A DNA stretch of 64,000 nt from Ruditapes philippinarum (Eukaryota), in the NCBI RefSeq assembly GCF_026571515.1, contig NW_026854266.1:186001-250000 (forward strand), in the 5' to 3' direction. The position numbers and the translations under genes were made by a program. A model generated the notes under the pieces. The model ran no database searches. It was not told the origin of the DNA and saw only the letters and a list, made by a program, of their open reading frames with translations. Position 1 is the stretch's first letter. Every line of letters starts with the position of its first letter. Below are positions 13,901-25,769 of the stretch, in pieces.

Positions 13901-16900
13901 CTCTTGAGAGGTGGGGGTGTGAATGGTAACTTGCATTTTACAGTACGGTTCATGAACAGGCTCAATCAAACCAAGGCTGCTACATTTTGAAAACAATTTT
14001 TCAGGATTCCGTTTTTTGTCTTTTTTTTAACCACAACTGAAATTCTTATATATCTTTTTTTTCAGATCATGAATTTTGTCCTTCTTATTGTTAACCCTCA
14101 GCCTGCTAACAGTGACTTAATCTATCCATGCGGTCAGTGCAGGCAAAGATCAGCCGTGACATTCACATTCTTATATTATATACATAACCGTCAGTTGTAC
14201 TAGTTGGAAAAGAATCACAGTGATTTTCCAAGCATTATATGTATTTCAAATCTGGCAAACATTTTTATAAAACGATCAATCTATTATAAAAGAACTCAAG
14301 CCTTTAATATCTAACATAAACACTATGATGACACTGGCAAATTCCGCTACAGTAATTTCGTACAATATTAGTACACTACCTCAAAAAATCTTTTATGTGA
14401 CTCTTAAAGGATATTTTACCAATTACATTTTAAGTTTTCTTACTTTCAAACATAAACTGATAAGAATATTTTAATATTTTCAAGCCCATGCAACCTTTGT
14501 AAAATTGTTATGTATTCAACACTTACAGAGCAATAAGTTGAATCTTGAACTTGATTGACAGTGGGTTGAACTCTGGTTTACTCAGATTATGTTCACACTC
14601 CTACATAAAAAAATAATATAGTTTCATTATTTATCAATCATTATTTAAAACGAGCAAACTTGACTATATAACATGAAAACAATTGTTTTAGAGCATGTCA
14701 GATATTTACAGCCTGAGAAAAATAGCAGTGATGCACTATGAAATTATTTGTTATAAAAGTAGCAAAATGTAAACAAAGTGACATTTCAGCTCCCATACAA
14801 AATATTCAATCACTATAGCTGTACTACTTTCCCCAGGAGCAAAAGAAAAAACAATAATTTGGTTAATTGGCCAATGAGGAACCTTTTGAAAACAATAACA
14901 GGACACAAAACAAGAGCTGTTGGTAGGACAGCACGCTCGACTATTCTAAGTGCTTTCTTTAAGTTCACAAAAGGGCTAATTTTTTTTTTATAAATTCATG
15001 TTATAGGTCTTAAAGAGAGTCTAATTATACAGTATTGGCTCGACTATTCGGAAGGTAATGTCACAAGGGTGTTTTATTGAGTTTAATAATACTAATTACC
15101 TATGAATACATAAATTTGACAGAAAAGGTACAAAGGCTTGTTATTAAGATGTTTTATCAAGTAAATCACTACTTTATTATTATGAATGCATAAAATTGTC
15201 CCAAAAAAGGCACAAACCCTTCAGTAGTTATTTAGATAACAGCTTACAAGCAAAACTTTACCATGAATTTTAAGTTGAACAAGAGCTGTCAGTAGGACAG
15301 CAACGCTCGACTATTCTTAGTGCTTGATAGTAAAAAAAATGCTTGATACAGTTACCTCCTCCTGTTTACAGGTTGGGGTCATGATGGTGAACAAGTGTGC
15401 AAAGTTTCAAAGCCATATGTCAATGGACTTTGAAAATATTTGAACTATTACAAAAACTTTAACATAAATTCTAAGTCAAAAAAGGGGCATAATTCTGTCA
15501 AAATGCTTGATAGAGTTACCTCCTCCTGTTTACAGGTTGGGGTCATGATGTTGAACAAGTGTGCAAAGTTTCAAAGCCATATGTCAATGGACTTTGAAAA
15601 TATTTGAACTATTACAAAAACTTTAACATAAATTCTATGTCGAAAAAGGGGCATAATTCTGTCAAAATGCTTGATAGAGTTACCTCCTCCTGTTTACAGG
15701 TTGGGGTCATGATGGTGAACAAGTGTGCAAAGTTTCAAAGCCATATGTCAATGGACTTTGAAAATATTTGAACTATTACAAAAACTTTAACGTAAATTCT
15801 AAGTCGAAAAAGGGACATAATTCTGTCAAAATGCTTGATAGAGTTACCTCCTCCTGTTTACAGGTTGGGGTCATGATGTTGAACAAGTGTACAAAGTTTC
15901 AAAGCCATATGTCAATGGACTTTGAAAATATTTGAACTATTACAAAAACTTTAACGTAAATTCTAAGTCGCAAAAGGGGCATTATTCTGTCAAAATGCTT
16001 GATAGAGTTACCTCCTCTTGTTTACAGGTTGGGGTCATGATGTTGAACAAGTGTGCAAAGTTTCAAAGCCATATGTCAATGGACTTTGAAAATATTTGAA
16101 CTATTACAAAAACTTTAACGTAAATTCTAAGTCGAAAAAGGGGCATAATTCTGTCAAAATGCTTGATAGAGTTACCTCCTCCTGTCTACAGGTTGGGGTC
16201 ATGATGGTGAACAAGTGTGCAAAGTTTCAAAGCCATATGTCTATGGACTTTGAAAATATTTGAACTATTACAAAAACTTTAACGTAAATTCTAAGTCGAA
16301 AAAGGGGCATAATTCTGTCAAAATGCTTGATAGAGTTACCTCCTCCTGTTTACAGGTTGGGGTCATGATGGTGAACAAGTGTGCAAAGTTTCAAAGCCAT
16401 ATGTCTATGGACTTTGAAAATATTTGAACTATTACAAAAACTTTAACATAAGTGGTTACGCCGACGCCGACGCTCGGGTGACTGCAATAGCTCTACTTAT
16501 TCTTATCGAATAGTCGAGCTAAAAAGGGGAGAAAAATCAGCCTAAATGCAAGATAGAATTATGGATCTTTGTCAGTGACCTACAATTATGACCCTAAATG
16601 CATATGTGAAGTTTTAAATAAATATCTTTAATAGTTATTGAGATATGTAAAACTTGCATGTAAACATTAACCAAGAGACTAAGTAGAAAAGGGGATATGA
16701 ATCAGCCTTAATGCAAGATAGAGTTATGGAACTTGGTCAGTGACATACAATTATGACCCTCCAATTATGACCCTAAGTGCATGTGTAAAGTTTCAAGTAA
16801 ATATCTTTGAAGACCTTTAACCTTTAACCAAAATTTCTAAGTTTCAAAGGGGCAAATAATTCTGCAAATATTGCAGGTAGAGTTATGCAATTTTGCAAAC

Positions 16901-19900
16901 TGATGTACATTGTTACTATAAACAAGAGCTGTCGGTAGGACAGCAACGCTCGACTATTCTTAGTGCTTGATAGTAAGAAAAAATGCTTGATACAATTACC
17001 TCCTCCTGTTTACAGGTTGGGGTAATGATGGTGAACAAGTGTGCAAAGTTTCAAAGCCATATGTCAATGGACTTTGAAAATATTTGAACTATTACAAAAA
17101 CTTTAACGTAAATTCTAAGTCGAAAAAGGAGCATAATTCTGTCAAAATGCTTGATACAGTTACCTCCTCCTGTTTACAGGTTGGGGTCATGATGGTGAAC
17201 AAGTGTGCAAAGTTTCAAAGCCATATGTCAATGGACTTTGAAAATATTTGAACTATTACAAAAACTTTAACGTAAATTCTAAGTCGAAAAAGGGGCATAA
17301 TTCTGTCAAAATGCTTGATACAGTTACCTCCTCCTGTCTACAGGTTGGGGTCATGATGGTGAACAAGTGTGCCAAGTTTCAAAGCCATATGTCAATGGAC
17401 TTTGAAAATATTTGAACTATTACAAAAACTTTAACGTAAATTCTAAGTCGAAAAAGGGGCATAATTCTGTCAAAATGCTTGATACAGTTACCTCCTCCTG
17501 TCTCCTCCTGTCTACAGGTTGGGGTCATGATGGTGAACAAGTGTGCAAAGTTTCAAAGCCATATGTCAATGGACTTTGAAAATATTTGAACTATTACAAA
17601 AACTTTAACGTAAATTCTAAGTCGAAAAAGGGGCATAATTATGTCAAAATGCTTGATACAGTTACCTCCTCCTGTCTACAGGTTGGGGTCATGATGGTGA
17701 ACAAGTGTGCCAAGTTTCAAAGCCATATGTCAATGGACTTTGAAAATATTTGAACAATTACAAAAACTTTAACATAAGTGGTTACGCCGACGCGGACACC
17801 AACGCCGACGCCGACGCTCGGGTGACTACAATAGCTCTACTTATTCTTATCGAATAGTCGAGCTAAAAAGTATTTTAAATTTCAATTGAATATCTCAAAC
17901 AATAATTGAGATATTTGACTTTACAAAAAAACTTTAAACAAAATTTCAAAGTTCCAAAGGGGCATAATTCTGTCAATATTGTAGGCAGAGTTATCCAACT
18001 TGTCAATCTGATGTACCTTGTTACTATAAATAAGTATTGTAAGTTTCAGTTGAATATGTCAAGCAATAATTGAGATAATTGACTTTACAAAAAACTTTAA
18101 CCAGAATTTCTAAGTTAAAAAGGGGCATAATTCTGTCAATATTGTAGGCAGAGTTATCCAACTTGTCAATCTGATGTACCTTGTTACTATAAATAAGTAT
18201 TGTAAGTTTCAATTGAATATCTCAAGTAATAATTGAGATATTTGACTTTACAAAAAACTTTAACCAACGCTGACGCCGACGCCGGGGCGACTACAATAGC
18301 TCTCATATTCTTCGAATAGTCGAGCTAAAAAACAACTTTTGAAAAAGTAAAAATAAATGTATTTCTCAGGCATAATGGGCCTTTAAGCATGCAGTAGTAG
18401 TGAGCTTTCAATTCATGATATTTTGTCATTAATAACAACCAGGTTGTGACATGTATCTTTTTATTATTCACATTGCTTGTAAATTCTGTAAAATAATATC
18501 TATGATGAAAACTGGACTTACTTTACACCTCAAGGATCTTCGAATCAGTAGATGTTTATGTCTAGGGTACAAGTCTACACTCTCTGATGGCTGAAACTCG
18601 GGAGAACCTAGCCTCTGACCAATTGTTGTCTCTGAAATATCACAATTAAATTTATTCAACACTGACTATTCTTCTGCAAGCGTTAATTACATGTAATCCT
18701 TTAGCTTGCAAGAATAAACTGATTTACTCAGTTCATTTTACTATACTGTATTTTTCTTGAAAGGTAACTGGACGTTAAAGTCATAGAAACATTTTAGAAG
18801 AATCTACCAGAATTATTTATCAAAACAGATCTACAGAGTCAATTCTTATGAAGCATTTTACAAAATTTTGTTGCGATTAAAAAATCAAGACGACAAGATT
18901 CATATAAAAATTGCACATATGAGTCTGCAAGCCAGAAGCTTTCACCCTTTGTTTGCTGAACTTGTCCTCTTGAATTTGGACTACTCCTATCAAATTTTAT
19001 GGGATTTCTATATCAAAATACAACATGCAGTTTTAATGCTTGTCTGTTACATGTAACCAATTCTGTCAAAAATTCTAATTCTAAAAGGGGTACAACTTCA
19101 AAAATATAGTTTTCAGAATTATGCAATTGCACCTTGTCATGATAAACAAATATTTCAAAGACAACAATGACAATAACGCAGCAAGCATAAAATCTTCATT
19201 TTTTTCATCGAAACAAGCAAGCTAAAATTTGAGTTACCAACAGAAACAATAGGGCCTGGTCAGAATACAAGGAAGTGCAGGCTAGCCTTGGTCTAGACAT
19301 TTGTCAAAAGGAAATCACTTTAAGTTCAAGCAGGTTCAGTGTTAATGCTATTATCTGCTGCTGTTAACCATTGATTCAACTGTTTTCTTATGTAAACTTA
19401 CTTTTTGAAAGTTGGACTGGTTGTGTGAAGAAATCTTCCGACAAGGGAGGGAACTCACTCACAGTCTCCGCTTCTTGAACTGCTTTAACAGCTTTAATAG
19501 TGGCCTCTTCATTTTCCTTTATTCTGTATCGATAAAATAACAGAATTCAATTGTAAATGAAATCTTGTATGAATAACAGGTCATGAAAATTTAACTGCAA
19601 ATGAATAAGAAATAAGAGCTGCATGAGCAAAAGTTCAAAATATCATAAAACCTATTTAGCATTATTTCAATAGGTGTTGTATGGAAAAAGAGAGCTTTAA
19701 AGAGTAAAAAAAAACCTGCAGACATTTCCACAAAAAATCTTACAAAAATTTTTTATCGTAAAAAGAAATCTTATGATAAATCTCCTTTTCACAAAAAATC
19801 TTAAGAAAATCTTAAGTGCAAAATCTGTCGTAACTTTACAATAGGTCTTCCCCGTTCGTAAGTGTAATTATTTCTCTCTTAAGGGTAAAATATCAAGTAT

Positions 19901-22900
19901 CTCTTACCTAAACTGAATAAAAACAAACAAAAAGTTGGAGTACATATATATATATTAAGCAAACAGTATGCTATAAATTACACAAATTGAGATATAATTA
20001 TTTTTCAACATAAACATTTGTGACGTCATGACTTGATGACGTCACGATGGAGAGGGTTATGAATAGTTTAAATGTGAACTATACTGTAGTATTACTGAAA
20101 ACTAATAAATTGTACATTTGGTGAGTTTGATTTCATTGCCAGCATGTACTAGTGGTACCTTTTTATTTATTAATAACATACATGTAGTAGACCTTCTTTT
20201 AGATATTTATAATTATCTTCAATCAAGATATAAATTAGTCTGTATCAGTTTGAATCATTTTCTTTGTTCAATAGATATTTTAAGCTCTTTATTACTTGAT
20301 TTTAAAACCGAAATTAAATATACAGCATGCACATCAATATCAAATGAATGTTGCTAGGGATGTTTTTATCCTAAGATTTATCATAAGTGAATTTTTTATC
20401 TTAAAATAAAATTTTAACTTACGAGTGGCTTTGAGAAAATGACTTAAGATTTTACTTACGATTATCGTAAGTCAAAAACTTAAGCTAAATCGTAAAATTT
20501 TTTGTGAAAATGTCTCCTGAACTTAAGGCAAATGCCTGAAAACTTGTACCCATGGAGCTGTTGTTCCTGAGGGGATACGGACAAAAGCCCCCCCGGACGA
20601 AAGCCCCCCCATCTAAAAATGACAAGGTGGACAAAAGCCCCCCCATGAAATTTTCACATAGGACAAAAGCCCCCCCATAAAAAAGTAAAGGTAGGACAAA
20701 AGCCCCCCCCCCCCCATTGTCAATCAAATTTACATATAGTGTATTAAAGTTGTGTTTTTTATGTGTTTAAAAGGTATGTATGGACATCACATGTAGGTGA
20801 CATAGTGCTTAGGATATTAATTTGATCCCTTTACAAAAGTGATTAAACATTACTACTCTTCTGACCCTTGTTGTGTATTTGAAAAGCTTTTAATTCGGTA
20901 TCGCATGCATGCATTATTTAATTTTTTATCATAAACTTTGTTATCACTTCAATATATACATTATAAATAAACATTAAAACAAATTATTTTCATTTTTATT
21001 TAAAAGTTTGTGTGAAATTTGATGAATTTGAGCACCTGCTCGTGTGAAAAAAGATGGGGGGGGGGCTTTTGTCCTACCTGTATTTTTGATTGGGGGGGCT
21101 TTTGTCCTATGTGAAAATTTCATGGGGGGGCTTTTGTCCACCTTGTCATTTTTGGACGGGGGGCTTTCGTCCGGGGGGGCTTTTGTCCTACACTCGTTAC
21201 TGAGGAGAGCATGAAAAGAAAGGTCTGAGCAGGATACTAGAAAAAAGTTGGTATCAAACACTTGTGTTGGATCTTTCAGAGTTTAGAGATTTTTAAGTTT
21301 CTACCATTTATATTAAAATTTGTATACGTTTTTGCCTTTCCCTCTCTGTATCTTTCTTTTTGTTAGTTTTTAAATCACTCCAAATTTGTTAAAATTGTAA
21401 CTATGGCAACTGTCAAGTTTTACCAATGTAGAAACATAAACCTTCTATACGCTAGATGGATTACTTCTTAAAATGAAAGATAGTTATGGTCACTATCGGT
21501 ATTTGAACCAAAATGGATCTCTATAGTTACCTTTTATTAAATGTGGTAAAAACATTCTTTCTGTTATAAATTTTACAGTACATGTCACTTACAATAGTTG
21601 GTGCGATCAATATCTACCAGAGCTGCATTACTGGTACTGGTACTGCAGTACGTACGGCAGCGATTTTGCAAGTACTGGTACTGATACTGAATAACTCTTA
21701 CAAAATTTTGCTACTACTGGTACTGGTACTGCATTACTGTCTTTAAAAGTGGTACTGCTACTGCATTAACAGGCAGTACTTTGGTTTTGATAAAAATGTC
21801 ATTTTTCATAAAGTAAAGCTGTAAATACCATGTATTAATTAATTTTTGTAAAAAAGTAAGTTATTTAATCTGTAGATAATTTGCTGCAATATTCCTTCAA
21901 ATGTTAACATAGTTATTATCATAAAAAAGAAGCAACAAAGACTAGAAGTAAAAATTGAATTGAGATAAACTGACTCAATTACTCTTTACCTTAAAATATC
22001 CTTAGTACAATGTATAAATTTACTAGTACAAAAGAGCAAAATATATAAACACTTATTAATTGGTTCTATTCTAAATAATCCTATTTCAAGTGATCTTATT
22101 AGCACCATAAAAATATGTTATTTACTTTGGTATAAATTAAAACAGGTGTGAAAGGCAACAAAAGACTGCTGTGTTTTAAATGAAAGATGATTGCATTGTA
22201 TTACAGTTGACTGCTTACTAAACAGTAATATATGACATGAATATATGTTGTCATTATTGTTTGTAAAAAGTATGTTCAATCATTTAAGTTGTAAAAATGT
22301 AATGTTAACTTTAAAGTAAATAATTTTATTTCTTTGCTTAATAAATGTTTGCAATTATTTTGTTTGACACTGTGTATTTATTCAAACTTTGATGAATATA
22401 TAAAAGTAATGGTACTGGTACTTAATTACTTCTCCCAAAAAAGTACTGGTACTGCAGTACCAAGCTAAAATATAGTACTGGTAATGGTACTGCAAAACTT
22501 GGCAAGTACTGGTACTGGTAGTTAAGTACTACACCCTTAGTACTGATGCAGCTCTGATATCTACACCATGTGTCTGTTATTTGAAGAATGCCTTGACAGG
22601 CAGATGATTATCATTGATCCATGTAAATGTATCACTTACGTTGTATTTGGTCCAGGTGACATAAGACCTTTACGTTTGGCCGCCACTGACACCAGGCCAT
22701 ATTTGTCAATGCTTGCCTAAATATAAAACATTTTCATTATAAAACACATAATAATCACAATTCAACACAAAGATATTGGACAAAAGTTTCTAGATATTTT
22801 GAAGCTTTGAAAACAAATTTGTCAGTCTTTGAATACTTTTTTTCTTGCCTAAAGTCACTTTATTCAATATTAACTGATGATATGCTTTTAATCTGTACAT

Positions 22901-25769
22901 ATTACATGCTTTAAATCTGTCCATGATATGCTTTAAATCTGTCCATGATATGCTTTAAATCTGTCCATGACATACATCAAATCTTTGCACTGTACAGGGC
23001 ATTAATTACCCAAGGACATTATCATTGGTTTTAACAGTATATTTTTATATTAAGCTCAGCTATTAGCCTGACAATAAAAATCATAAAATGGGACAAGTCA
23101 GCAGCATTTTTGGCAAACTTTTGCAAGCCTGTAAGCTTTATTCTGAACCTTCATACAACTTGTAAAGGCATCAACTTACAGCATACATAAGATGACTTCG
23201 CCTACGTGTGTACTTCTTTCTCTCCTTTTCAACTTTCTCCTTCTGGGCAAGTTGTTGGTAATATTCCATCAATGATGTAATCTGCAATAGAAAAAAAGCT
23301 ATTTTTATAGTTGTTTGTAAAAACATATATACATTTGTAAGCAGTATTTTATAAGTGATGTCTGGTAATGATAACAGAGTAAAGAAAAATAACCAATACA
23401 AAACCAAATAAATATGTCTTGAACAACCTCCAGAAATGGTTCAAAGACTCAGTAAATGATTATGAAATATCAACACTGCAGAGATATAATACAACAGAAA
23501 AGAAACATACTCATTAACTAATAAACTAAGCCAAATTTGTATTCAACTTTTCTATAATGTCATTTTGTTTCAAATGAACTTTGCTAAATTTTTAAAAACT
23601 TAATCTAATTATAGTTTTTTTCTGAAAGTACAAACAAGATAAAAAAAATTAAAAAAGAAGTATAATACATACTTTTGCAGCATCAGGATTTGCTATGTCT
23701 TCCCAGGCTCCACTAGCTGAAATATAAATCAGCAATCATGTATGTTATAAATGTGATCAACATTATGTATATCATGTGACCTTACAAGGCCTTTTGTAGC
23801 AATTTTGGGTCAATGCCCTCGAAAGGGAATAAATTGAAAAATATATTTCAGCATTTTGGGAAATTGGAAAACATTTTATAACTTGAAAAACTACCTTATA
23901 CAAGACTTTTATGGTTTTTAACATGTGCATGATCATATAACCTGTCACCTCTTTTAAGAAAAGAAACAAGTCAAGACAGTTCAATATTTCTCAGAATCAA
24001 TTTCATTTTTGGGCTGCTTTGGGTTGTTGTTTTTTTTTGTTTTGTTTTTTTGGGGGTGGGGCGGGGGAGGAGGAGGTTGTTTGTTTCTGTTTTGTTTTTT
24101 TTGAAATAGGGAAAAACAGACTATTTTGGATTAGGAATGGGGCCTTATAATAAATATCACCTTTTGATGATTGGGTGAAAATGCACTGCAGTGAAAATCA
24201 TGAATTTCATGTACTTGATGTGCACATGAAATGTATTAATACTATTATGTAAAATCATGTCTTTAGAAAAGAATTAGCTAAGCCATGTGTCATTAAAATT
24301 CCATAAACATACATCAAGACTTACCAACAGGCTTATCAGGGATTGCTACGTCTCTGGTTGTCCATCTACACACACCACATGCAAGGTAATACATCTTCTT
24401 AGGAGTTGATTTTCCCGGGTCATCTGGGTTTTTCACCATCTGACTAGTAGCTCTAGTAGTCAAAGTATGACCACAGCTTGGACAGTCGAAACAGTTGGTA
24501 CATCTGAAGCAGAAGAGGACAGGTTACATAAATTTTATAAGTAAACTTTTAATTATATATCAAGCAATTGATGAAATTTACATTAATTAGCACCAATCGA
24601 GAAGTAAAATTTCAAAGTTTATCAGAAATCAAAATGTCTGTCAAAGACTAGAATGAACTTAGTATTTAACTGATAGATTGATAGACATCAATGATCCCAA
24701 CATAATTTACTTTAGTTTACATTTAAGTTATTTTAATGCCTAGGACAGAGCTCCAAATGATTACTCTGTCAGAAAAAGTTATTAATACAAATATTTGTTG
24801 ATCTCTCACCTATTTTTCTTCAATTTTGCTTCAGCTGAAGGCATATTCTCCAGGCAGTTTGGACAATATGGAGAATCCACCTGAAAATAATACATTACAT
24901 ATTGTGAAACGCTTAACATGTCAGGACTTACTTTAAAATGATGAGTTTCTAAATTTATGTAAAAGTGGATATTTCCACATGTCGAAAAGTTAACAAATTT
25001 AAATTTTAACCTTTCGCATGAGGAAATATTAGCAAATTGTGCAAGGGTAGAATTGAATGACAGGTTGGTTGATATTTACGCTAGAGGAAATTTAAGCAAT
25101 TATCATCATTTGTGAAATTCAGCAATATTTCAGCATTGAGAACTAAACCAATAATAAAGTATTCACTAAGTTTCCAAATAGGTGACATTAATAAATACAG
25201 GTTATAATTAGGTGGCACGATAGCTCAGTTGGTTAGACCACTGGCTGTCACTCCTGAGGTCCGGGTTCGATCCTTGGTAACACCCATGGGATTTTTCAGA
25301 GAAACTTTCAGTGTTTCCCACCTAACTAGAGGTGTACTGGTAAGGAATCCATGTAAACCTTGCAAGGCTTGCATACATGTATCACTATCAGTGCTATACA
25401 CTCCAGGCATCTACAAAAGAACCAAGGGGACTTTTCAGTAAGAGCTAGAGTCGTAGAGACTGGTTCCCGGATTCCCTTGTATCTTATAGCTTTCTCTGAA
25501 GTGGCTAGAGTTTAGGGTCATGTCTACGTCCCCGCGAGTGGTTAAGTGACATTAATGGAAGATAGATAGATTATCTTACTCATATTATAAAAAAAAATAT
25601 TTATCGATAATGCAAAAATTAAAACTGATACCTCGTGAAGAACACAGTCACCGCATCTTAACTTGAAACAATGTCGGCATAGGTAAAGCCTGTAAATTGT
25701 ATTCCATTTCTTACAGGCACAGAGATATTTGACAATATCTGTGTCCGGCAGTGACAGAGCTCCTGCCAT
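4860..25769 (-). CDS. DCTN4: Dynactin subunit 4 (p62), complete 13-exon gene model, 460 aa
   Basis: Exons 25769-25632, 24880-24810, 24503-24325, 23716-23673, 23281-23180, 22716-22640, 19523-19402, 18631-18522, 14600-14527, 13143-12987, 12326-12229, 7156-7078, 4991-4860. All are GT-AG and phase-compatible, total 1383 nt. Diagnostic motifs: [62 protein letters not shown]. Confidence 0.97.
5559..5794. mobile_element. Fold-back MITE, copy 1 (TGAGCCGCGTCA...TGACGYGGCTCA)
   Basis: Long terminal inverted repeats; 4 copies in the window. Confidence 0.85.
6065..6965. repeat. ~34-bp minisatellite (TTGAACTGACTTTGTTTAATTGATTTGCCATGCC) with shorter variants, DCTN4 intron 12
   Basis: Units at 6801, 6835, 6869 and throughout. 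Confidence 0.9.
7078..7156 (-). CDS. DCTN4: DCTN4 coding exon 12
   Basis: [26 protein letters not shown]. Confidence 0.95.
10500..10757. repeat. 41-bp tandem repeat, ~6 copies
   Basis: TATAAATCATTCTTTACTTAATGTGTAACATACAAAATTAA at 10501, 10542, 10585, 10626, 10667, 10708. Confidence 0.95.
12229..12326 (-). CDS. DCTN4: DCTN4 coding exon 11
   Basis: [32 protein letters not shown]. Confidence 0.95.
12340..12524. mobile_element. Fold-back MITE, copy 2 (internally deleted)
   Basis: Same family as 5559-5794. Confidence 0.8.
12987..13143 (-). CDS. DCTN4: DCTN4 coding exon 10
   Basis: [29 protein letters not shown]...GTAK. Confidence 0.95.
14527..14600 (-). CDS. DCTN4: DCTN4 coding exon 9
   Basis: [24 protein letters not shown](L). 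Confidence 0.95.
15278..16525 (-). mobile_element. Nested HINE with ~6.7 x 164-bp tandem core
   Basis: Units at 15351, 15515, 15679, 15843, 16007, 16171, 16335; subTIRs and hairpin intact. Confidence 0.85.
16921..17869 (-). mobile_element. Nested HINE with ~4.7 x 164-bp tandem core
   Basis: Units at 16995, 17159, 17323, 17487, 17661 (one has a 10-bp duplication). Confidence 0.85.
18522..18631 (-). CDS. DCTN4: DCTN4 coding exon 8
   Basis: [36 protein letters not shown]. Confidence 0.95.
19402..19523 (-). CDS. DCTN4: DCTN4 coding exon 7
   Basis: [40 protein letters not shown]. Confidence 0.9.
19716..20519. mobile_element. Degenerate DNA-transposon-derived MITE
   Basis: Imperfect TIR AGACATTTYCACAAAAAATYTTAC; repeated CTTACGA/TCGTAAG subterminal motifs. 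Confidence 0.55.
20572..21195. mobile_element. Mutator-like MITE with long repetitive TIRs
   Basis: TIRs built of GGACAAAAGCCCCCCC units; 9-bp TSD GTTCCTGAG/GTTACTGAG (1 mismatch). Confidence 0.8.
21618..22556. mobile_element. hAT-like MITE
   Basis: TIR CAGAGCTGCAT, perfect 8-bp TSD ATATCTAC, subterminal GTACTG repeats. Confidence 0.85.
22640..22716 (-). CDS. DCTN4: DCTN4 coding exon 6
   Basis: [25 protein letters not shown](T); DKYGL motif. Confidence 0.9.
23180..23281 (-). CDS. DCTN4: DCTN4 coding exon 5
   Basis: [34 protein letters not shown]. Confidence 0.95.
23673..23716 (-). CDS. DCTN4: DCTN4 coding exon 4
   Basis: (A)[14 protein letters not shown]; phase fits neighbours. Confidence 0.92.
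24325..24503 (-). CDS. DCTN4: DCTN4 coding exon 3
   Basis: [20 protein letters not shown]...[22 protein letters not shown]. Confidence 0.95.
24810..24880 (-). CDS. DCTN4: DCTN4 coding exon 2
   Basis: [23 protein letters not shown](R). Confidence 0.95.
25211..25556 (+). mobile_element. tRNA-derived SINE in DCTN4 intron 1
   Basis: A box TAGCTCAGTTGG, B box GGTTCGATCC, degenerate cloverleaf, then a ~270-bp body. Confidence 0.75.
25632..25769 (-). CDS. DCTN4: DCTN4 coding exon 1
   Basis: [22 protein letters not shown]...[16 protein letters not shown]; donor GTATCA. Confidence 0.93.

Larger units (their letters stand above)
14909..18332 (-). mobile_element. Outer Helentron-associated non-autonomous element (HINE/pearl-like) hosting two nested copies
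   Basis: subTIR GCTCGACTATTC at both ends, (GTCGGC)n microsatellite, terminal GCTGT..GACAGC hairpin, inserted in an A/T run. Confidence 0.75.

Noticed and set aside
15278-17869. CRISPR-like or coding repeat array
   Set aside because: Units are near-identical 164-bp tandem repeats without unique spacers, in a eukaryotic intron; no cas genes.
20485-21261. GGAFV / TKAPP ORFs
   Set aside because: Translations of MITE TIR repeats.
25211-25285. tRNA gene (Asp-like, GTC)
   Set aside because: Acceptor, D and anticodon stems are mispaired and the sequence continues into a SINE-like body; called a SINE head.
25624-25631. U12-type donor in DCTN4 intron 1
   Set aside because: GTATCAGT does not match the GTATCCTT consensus.
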